Positions 58,279-64,000 of a stretch of DNA of 64,000 nucleotides are shown piece by piece. Position 1 is the stretch's first letter. Each line of letters starts with the position of its first letter. The stretch is from a bacterium (lineage in GTDB: Bacteria; UBA8248), in the NCBI GenBank assembly GCA_965219955.1, contig OZ244799.1, forward strand, positions 3,584,001-3,648,000, given 5' to 3'. A program made the translations under genes and the position numbers. The notes below the pieces were generated by a model. The model had not been told where the DNA came from. It worked only from the letters and a program-made list of their open reading frames with translations, and did not search any database.

Positions 58279-60252
58279 ATGAATGCGAAGATCTTCTGGC
58301 TGTTCGCCTTCGTCGTGCTCTATTGGGCCTACTGCATTTTCTGGGGCATCAAGTGCGCGAGGATGGCGAGAACGGCCGGCGACTACTTCATCGCGGGTCG
58401 CCAGCTATCCATGTGGGTGTTCGTTCTGGCGGCGACGGCGACGTCGTTTTCCGGGTGGACGTTCATGGGACACCCGGGACTCATCTATCGAGACGGGTTC
58501 CAGTACGCCTACGCATCTTTCTACACCATCACCATTCCCTTTACCGGGGTGATATTCCTGAAGCGCCAGTGGATGCTGGGCAAACGCTACGGATACGTCA
58601 CGCCCGGTGAAATGTTCGCCGACTATTTCCAGGGCGACGCCATCCGCATCCTCACGGTGATCGTGGCCATGTTGTTCTCGATTCCCTACCTCGGCGTTCA
58701 GCTCGGGGCTTCGGGCTTCTTGTTCAACGTGCTGACCGACGGCGCTTTCAGCGTCAACGTGGGCATGTGGCTGCTCTCGGCGGTCGTGCTCATCTACGTG
58801 GCAGCCGGGGGTCTGCGCGCCGTCGCCTACGTGGATACGCTCCAGTGCATTCTGCTCGCACTGGGCATCGTCATCACGGGCTTCATCGCGCTCAGCATCG
58901 CCGGTGGATGGGGCGCGCTGAACGAAGGCCTCGCCAAGCTGGCGGCCTCTCCGGTGGGCAAGTGGGGAACGACGAAGGGGTACGGCGGCGGCGACTACAA
59001 CGCCTACTTCGCCATCCCCGGCGTCATCCAGTTCACGGCCGGTCTGGGCAAGCAGACGCCCGTGGGCGGTCTGTGGACGGGCATCATGTGCCTGACCTAC
59101 ATGTTCGCGCTCATGGGGATTCAGTCCTCCCCGGCGTTCTCCATGTGGGCGTTCTCGAACAACAACCCGCGCCCCTTCGCGCCCCAGCAGGTCTGGGCGT
59201 CCTCGGCGGGCATCGGGTTCATCCTGTTCTTCTTCACCGCGTCCCAGGGAATGGGCGCGCACCTTCTCGGCGCGAACCCGGCGGTGACCAAGGCGGGGCT
59301 TGCGATATCGGACGTGCTGGCCGCGTCCATTGCGAAAAAGCCCGACTCGCTGGTGCCGTACTACTTCAACTACATTGCGGATGCGGCGCCGTGGCTGGTC
59401 GGACTACTGGCCGTCTGCGCCCTGGCCGCCATGCAGTCTACGGGTGCGGCGTACATGTCCACGGCGGGCGGCATGCTCACCCGCGATCTCTACAAGAGGT
59501 ATCTGAACCCCGGCGCCTCGCATGAAACCCAGAAGGTGGCGGGCCGGATAGGCGTTTTGATCATCGTGGTCTCTGCACTCCTTGTGGCGACGTTCTCGAG
59601 AGACGCGCTCGTGTTGCTTGGAGGACTCGCCGTCGCCTTCGGCTTCCAGATGTGGCCGGCGCTGGCGGCGGTGTGCTGGATGCCGAAAATCACGAGGCAA
59701 GGCGCCACGTGGGGCCTGGCGGCCGGTCTTTTGGCGGTCATCTTCACGGAGAACTTCGGCCTCACGATTCTCAAGGGAATCGGCATCGACGCCTGGGGCC
59801 GCTGGCCGTGGACGATTCACTCCGCCGGCTGGGGCATCATCTTCAACGTGGCGGTCTGCTGGATCGTCTCCGCGCAAACGCAGGACGCGGCGGCGGCGGC
59901 GCACCGGCAGAAGTACCACGATTTCCTGGCCGAGCACGCTTCGCTTTCGCCGGAGAAACAGGGCCTCGTCCCGATGGCGTGGGGCGTTACGCTGGCCTGG
60001 ATGTTCTTCGGCATCGGCCCGGGCGCCGTCATCGGCAACTGGATTTTCGGAGCCCCGAACGCCGGTTACGCAGGGTGGACTTTCGGCATACCCTCCATTT
60101 GGGCCTGGCAGATTCTCTTCTGGGCACTCGGCGTCGGCATGATGTGGCTGCTCGCCTACAAGATGGAGATGTCGACGGTGCCCGAGACGGAGATCGAGGC
60201 GCTCGTGGAGGACATCGGCGACGTGGCCGCGCAGCAGGCGGGATCGTCCTAG
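58279..60252 (+). CDS. Sodium:solute symporter family protein
   Basis: DYFIAGR, SFSGWTFMGHPG, YVAAGGLRAVAYVD, AAMQST, many TM helices; RBS TAAGGAGG. Confidence 0.92.
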   Translation: MNAKIFWLFAFVVLYWAYCIFWGIKCARMARTAGDYFIAGRQLSMWVFVLAATATSFSGWTFMGHPGLIYRDGFQYAYASFYTITIPFTGVIFLKRQWMLGKRYGYVTPGEMFADYFQGDAIRILTVIVAMLFSIPYLGVQLGASGFLFNVLTDGAFSVNVGMWLLSAVVLIYVAAGGLRAVAYVDTLQCILLALGIVITGFIALSIAGGWGALNEGLAKLAASPVGKWGTTKGYGGGDYNAYFAIPGVIQFTAGLGKQTPVGGLWTGIMCLTYMFALMGIQSSPAFSMWAFSNNNPRPFAPQQVWASSAGIGFILFFFTASQGMGAHLLGANPAVTKAGLAISDVLAASIAKKPDSLVPYYFNYIADAAPWLVGLLAVCALAAMQSTGAAYMSTAGGMLTRDLYKRYLNPGASHETQKVAGRIGVLIIVVSALLVATFSRDALVLLGGLAVAFGFQMWPALAAVCWMPKITRQGATWGLAAGLLAVIFTENFGLTILKGIGIDAWGRWPWTIHSAGWGIIFNVAVCWIVSAQTQDAAAAAHRQKYHDFLAEHASLSPEKQGLVPMAWGVTLAWMFFGIGPGAVIGNWIFGAPNAGYAGWTFGIPSIWAWQILFWALGVGMMWLLAYKMEMSTVPETEIEALVEDIGDVAAQQAGSS

Positions 60253-60282
60253 ACGAGACCGCAATGATGTAGGTATCACCAT

Positions 60283-60321
60283 GCGGGGGAGGGGTATGTG
60301 TCCCTCCCCCGCGTTGTTTTT
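60283..60321 (+). terminator. Putative terminator after the SSS gene
   Basis: GCGGGGGAGGG...CCCTCCCCCGC followed by GTTGTTTTT. Confidence 0.65.
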
Positions 60322-60348
60322 CCGCCGCCCTGATGGCTGAGTGACGCC

Positions 60349-60582
60349 GTGGCTGAATTGTTCACCGCAAAGTATATGCTGCTATGGGTTCTCGCGCTGG
60401 GCGCAGCACTGTTCCTGCCCGTGCGCCAGCTCATCTGGGTGCTCTACGTCAGGCGGGCGGAGAGAGACGGCTCCGAAACCTCGGACGAGGAACGTCTCGC
60501 ACTCAAGAACCGCGCCGGAATAACGGCGATGCTGCTCTGCTTCGTTTTCTCCTATTTCTATATGAACCATCTTTTCAGGTAG
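60349..60582 (+). CDS. Small two-TM hypothetical protein
   Basis: Two hydrophobic helices, tightly spaced between the SSS and TPR genes. Confidence 0.7.
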   Translation: MAELFTAKYMLLWVLALGAALFLPVRQLIWVLYVRRAERDGSETSDEERLALKNRAGITAMLLCFVFSYFYMNHLFR

Positions 60583-60587
60583 TCCTG

Positions 60588-61199
60588 ATGAATCCGCGCG
60601 TGCTCAAGCGCTTCATCAAGAACATGGCGATCCTCATTTTCGTCATGTTCTCCGCGTGGGCGCTGTGGGAGATGTATGCGAAAGAAGCGCCCGGGGATTA
60701 CGCCACCCGCGAGGGCGACATCCGGCTCACCGAGGGGAACTTCGATGAAGCGCTCGCGAGCTTCAACCAGGCGCTGCGTGAGCGGCCCAACCACCGGGGC
60801 GCGCTGATGGGCCGCGCGCTGGTGTTCATCAAGACGAAGAAATACGAGGAGGCTACTGCCGAACTCACCTACCTCATCGACTATCTCAGGAAAAACCTGG
60901 AGCCCGACGACCCGACGGGCGCAGGCGTCATGGCGGCGGCATACGCCAACCGGGGCATCGTCCACGACACGAAAGGCCGCTACAAGGAAGCGCTCGCCGA
61001 TTACATCGAAGCGCTCAGGACCGACGAGGGAGCGCTGGACGGGCCCGGGATCATCGACAAGGTGATCTACGGCACGCCGAACCCGTCCACGGTGCGCAAG
61101 CGTGCGATTTATCTAAAGGAGCAACTCGCCCTCCCGCCGGAAAAACGCCTGTTGCGCGTGCCGGAAATCGACGCGGCGCAGCGGATGCACAAACCCTGA
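60588..61199 (+). CDS. Tetratricopeptide repeat protein with N-terminal TM
   Basis: ALMGRAL, AYANRGIV..GRYKEALADY; start ATG 60588. Confidence 0.82.
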   Translation: MNPRVLKRFIKNMAILIFVMFSAWALWEMYAKEAPGDYATREGDIRLTEGNFDEALASFNQALRERPNHRGALMGRALVFIKTKKYEEATAELTYLIDYLRKNLEPDDPTGAGVMAAAYANRGIVHDTKGRYKEALADYIEALRTDEGALDGPGIIDKVIYGTPNPSTVRKRAIYLKEQLALPPEKRLLRVPEIDAAQRMHKP

Positions 61200-61242
61200 A
61201 GTCTATACGGAAACGATGTGGCGATTCAGCGGGCGTGACGCC

Positions 61243-61443
61243 TTAAAACCTCACGATGCCGAGCACGTCCTGGAACAGGACCAGAAAGAAGAACACCGCG
61301 GCGATGCAGCCGAAGAGCAGGTGGACGAAATCCGCCCCGCCGTCGGGGTTTTTCGTTCGGATGGCCTTGATGGCGATGAAGCCCGTGACGAACAGGAAGA
61401 TGAAGTTCACGGCTTGCTGGTTCTCGCCTGCGAAATCGAACAT
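61243..61443 (-). CDS. Small two-TM hypothetical protein
   Basis: Two hydrophobic helices; RBS GAGG. Confidence 0.55.
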   Translation of the reverse strand: MFDFAGENQQAVNFIFLFVTGFIAIKAIRTKNPDGGADFVHLLFGCIAAVFFFLVLFQDVLGIVRF

Positions 61444-61474
61444 GACCAACCTCGGCTTGGAAGTTTAATCCACG

Positions 61475-61990
61475 CTATCTGTTGTAGCGGCCCGGCGCCA
61501 GGGACGTATCCTGGATTTTACGCTCCTTCGATATGGCCTTCATTTCTTTTTTCTCGAAGTAGGGCGGCAGGAAAGAGGTGCTCTCCCCGGCGGCGAGGTG
61601 ACTCAGCCAGACGATGCCGGTCATGATCGACACCATGAGGGTGGCGGTCACGATGAAGCGCTTGATGTCGGCGGGGAGTTTTTTGCCGTAATCCTTGTCG
61701 TAGCGGTGGTAGGCGGGGTCGTTCTCATCCAGTTCACCCTGTTTATCGAGGGCCAGTATCCGGTGCGCATGGCGGCGCGCCCAGAAGGGCACCTGATCGT
61801 GGAGCATATAGGCCATGAAGAGTTGATTGATGAGTTCTTCGGACATCTCCTCGCCGTGCCATTCGCTGTAGGCGAGTTGGAGGAACTGGAATTCCCCCAC
61901 CTGGAGCAGATTCGCCGCCTTGGCGACTTCGGCGCGCTGGGCGCTCTCCTCCCGATCGGGACGGATGAGCGTCTGGAAGAAAGTCACCAT
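61475..61990 (-). CDS. Hypothetical protein with C-terminal TM
   Basis: Coherent ORF (GEFQFLQLAY..W...VPFWARR) with host-like codon usage. Confidence 0.7.
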   Translation of the reverse strand: MVTFFQTLIRPDREESAQRAEVAKAANLLQVGEFQFLQLAYSEWHGEEMSEELINQLFMAYMLHDQVPFWARRHAHRILALDKQGELDENDPAYHRYDKDYGKKLPADIKRFIVTATLMVSIMTGIVWLSHLAAGESTSFLPPYFEKKEMKAISKERKIQDTSLAPGRYNR

Positions 61991-62347
61991 GTCGATTCCC
62001 CGACAGCTTGAGTTCCCGGCGGCATTTGCGTTGAAGACCGAAGATGCGCCGCCAGCCTAAGCCCTTTGCCGACCTGCGTCAATTTTGAGTCTGGAGGGGC
62101 ATTTTCGCACGGAAGAAACGAGACGGACAACCTCGCCCCCGCCGCCCTTTGTTCGAGGTATTCGTCCGGGCTCGCCGCGCCGGGGCGGGCGAATGGATTG
62201 GAGAATTTTCATTTTAAGCGGTGAAGGCTCTTGTGTTAGGATCATCTCATCGCACCATGCGCATTCGATCCATAGAGATTCTTTTTCATCCCGAGCGCCT
62301 CGCTTGCGAGCGGGGTCTTTCCGGCATTTTCCCAGGGAGGTAATTTG

Positions 62348-63316
62348 ATGAGACGCACATTTTTAAGCATCGTCCTCGCAGTTGGAGTCGTATTCACCTT
62401 CGCCGCCGCCGCTTCGGCGCAGTCGGTCACCATTCTCGGCGGCGGCCTCAAGGGCCAGCCCTATCAGTTCGCCGTTGGGTTGAGCAAAATCCTCAAATCG
62501 AAGGCGGGCGTCAGCGCCACGCCGCAATCGGCCAAGGGCATGGTGGCGCAGGCGCGCATCATCGCCAAGGGCCAGGCGCAGTTCGCCTGGGGCCTGGGCG
62601 GTCCTGTGGGCGCGTGGGCCTATAAGGGAGAGCGGCGCTTCAAGAAAGAAGGCCCCAAGAAGAACCTGCGCGCCGTTCTGGCGTATCCCTTCGGTCAGTT
62701 CCAGTGGCTGGCTCTGGCGGACTCAGGGGTGATGAACCTCAAAGACGTCAAGGGCAAGAAGGTATCGGTGGGCTCGGCCGCCAGCACGACGCAGACCTAT
62801 GCGCGCTACTTCCTGCCCGCGCATGGCCTCAAGAAAGGCCAGTACAAAGAGAGCACGCCCGGCTTCCGTGGCGGCTTCGGACAGTTGCGAAACGGCAACG
62901 TCGCCGCCCACCTCACGATGGGCATGGCGCCGATGGGCCTCGTGCAGGAGTTGGCGGCGCTCAAGAAAATCCGTCTGGTGGACATGGACGAAGCGGCCGT
63001 GAAGCACGTGGTCGCCACCTACGGCCCCGGCCTCACGCCGACCACCATCGCGCCGGGAACCTACGGCAAGAACCAGGTGAACAAAAAGCCGATCCGCACC
63101 ATCTTCATCAATTTCGGCTTTTCCACCAGCACCCACGTGAGCGCCGACACCGTCTACAAGGTGACGAAAACCCTGTTCGGCAACCTCAAGGAATTCTACG
63201 GCACGGCCAAGGCGGCGAAGAACGTCACGCTCGCCGGCGCCTGCCAGGGGCTTTCCTTCCCGCTGCATGACGGCGCCAAGCGCTACTACAAGGAAGTGGG
63301 CGCCAAGGGCTGCTAG
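62348..63316 (+). CDS. TAXI family TRAP transporter solute-binding subunit
   Basis: Signal peptide, DVKGKKVSVG, VYKVTKTLF, PLHDGAKRYYKE. Confidence 0.9.
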   Translation: MRRTFLSIVLAVGVVFTFAAAASAQSVTILGGGLKGQPYQFAVGLSKILKSKAGVSATPQSAKGMVAQARIIAKGQAQFAWGLGGPVGAWAYKGERRFKKEGPKKNLRAVLAYPFGQFQWLALADSGVMNLKDVKGKKVSVGSAASTTQTYARYFLPAHGLKKGQYKESTPGFRGGFGQLRNGNVAAHLTMGMAPMGLVQELAALKKIRLVDMDEAAVKHVVATYGPGLTPTTIAPGTYGKNQVNKKPIRTIFINFGFSTSTHVSADTVYKVTKTLFGNLKEFYGTAKAAKNVTLAGACQGLSFPLHDGAKRYYKEVGAKGC

Positions 63317-63417
63317 GGCGTTCTGCGCGTTCTGAAAATCAGGACCCCCCTCACGGAATCGAATCAATCCGCGAGGGGGGCGGATTCTTGGCCTCATTTC
63401 CGAGGATGTGAACCGCA

Positions 63418-64000
63418 TTGGACGCCTACCGCAGGCTAAACGCCAAAATCGTAACGGCGCTCGCGCTGGGTTTTTCCCTGTTCGAACTCTACACCGTGGG
63501 ATTCGGGATTCTCTCCCCGTTCGCCCAGCGCGCGACCATGCTCGCCTTCGCGAGCGTGCTGGTGTTCCTCACGAAGCCCATGCTGGACTGGCGAGAGCGA
63601 GAGGATATGACGCCCCCCGCCCGCGCGCTCGCGGTCGGGTGGGACGCGCTTTTCATCGGCCTGGCTTTGTATGCCTGCATCTACCTCGTGGTCGAGGAAG
63701 AAGCGCTGGCGGACAGAAGCGGGGCCGAGACGGGGCTCGACCTCATCGTCGCCGGGCTCGGCCCCGTCATGCTGCTCGAGATGGTGCGCCGCGCTGCGGG
63801 CATCCCGCTGTTCCTGGTGACGCTGTGCATCGTGGTCTACGCCTACCTGGGCGACGTGACGCTCATCTTCTTCTCGTGCGTTCTCATATTCGCGGGACTC
63901 AGGAGATACGCGGGTCTCAAGATCGCGGTGGGCTTCGCCGCTCTCGCCGCCTTGTTCCTGCTATGGCCCGGACGCGGCTTTCTGGACCCGGCCATCTATA
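63418..64000 (+). CDS. TRAP transporter 4TM/12TM fused permease (5' part; runs off the window end)
   Basis: Manual translation from TTG 63418: FSLFELYT..., FLTKP, LLEMVRRAAG; directly follows the TAXI gene. Confidence 0.8.
   Translation, partial: MDAYRRLNAKIVTALALGFSLFELYTVGFGILSPFAQRATMLAFASVLVFLTKPMLDWREREDMTPPARALAVGWDALFIGLALYACIYLVVEEEALADRSGAETGLDLIVAGLGPVMLLEMVRRAAGIPLFLVTLCIVVYAYLGDVTLIFFSCVLIFAGLRRYAGLKIAVGFAALAALFLLWPGRGFLDPAIY

Overview
A bacterial chromosomal window in two compositional halves: roughly 50-55% GC (estimated by eye) up to about 19.9 kb and roughly 62-68% GC after it. The standout is a probable selenoprotein system that the ORF track splits. One minus-strand operon (13451 to 8474) has two in-frame TGA codons, each followed by a bacterial SECIS-like hairpin. 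One lies in a UGSC-family protein with a U-G-S-C-x-x-C motif. The other lies in an Ogt/MGMT-type alkyltransferase whose catalytic PCHR motif reads P-TGA-H-R. These genes are co-oriented with two enoyl-CoA hydratases, a CBS protein, a non-canonical acyl-CoA dehydrogenase and a thiol dioxygenase. Upstream are a divergent orphan xanthine-dehydrogenase-family Mo subunit, a complete IS1380 element (17-bp IRs, TTAA duplication) and four tandem paralogs of the 'DGLP(V/I)xPT' protein that usually partners UGSC domains. The rest of the window holds housekeeping genes (rarA, a divergent pyrF, udg, coaBC, gmk, yicC, rqcH, hemW, rimK-like, proA), TctABC, SSS and TAXI-TRAP transporters, an aa3-type cytochrome c oxidase operon and tRNA-Arg(ACG). 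It also holds a consensus sigma54 promoter, three dispersed paralogs of a membrane-anchored variable-repeat coiled-coil protein, and MITE-like elements carrying REP palindromes. No CRISPR array, rRNA or prophage was seen. All family calls rest on motif recognition; no database searches were run.
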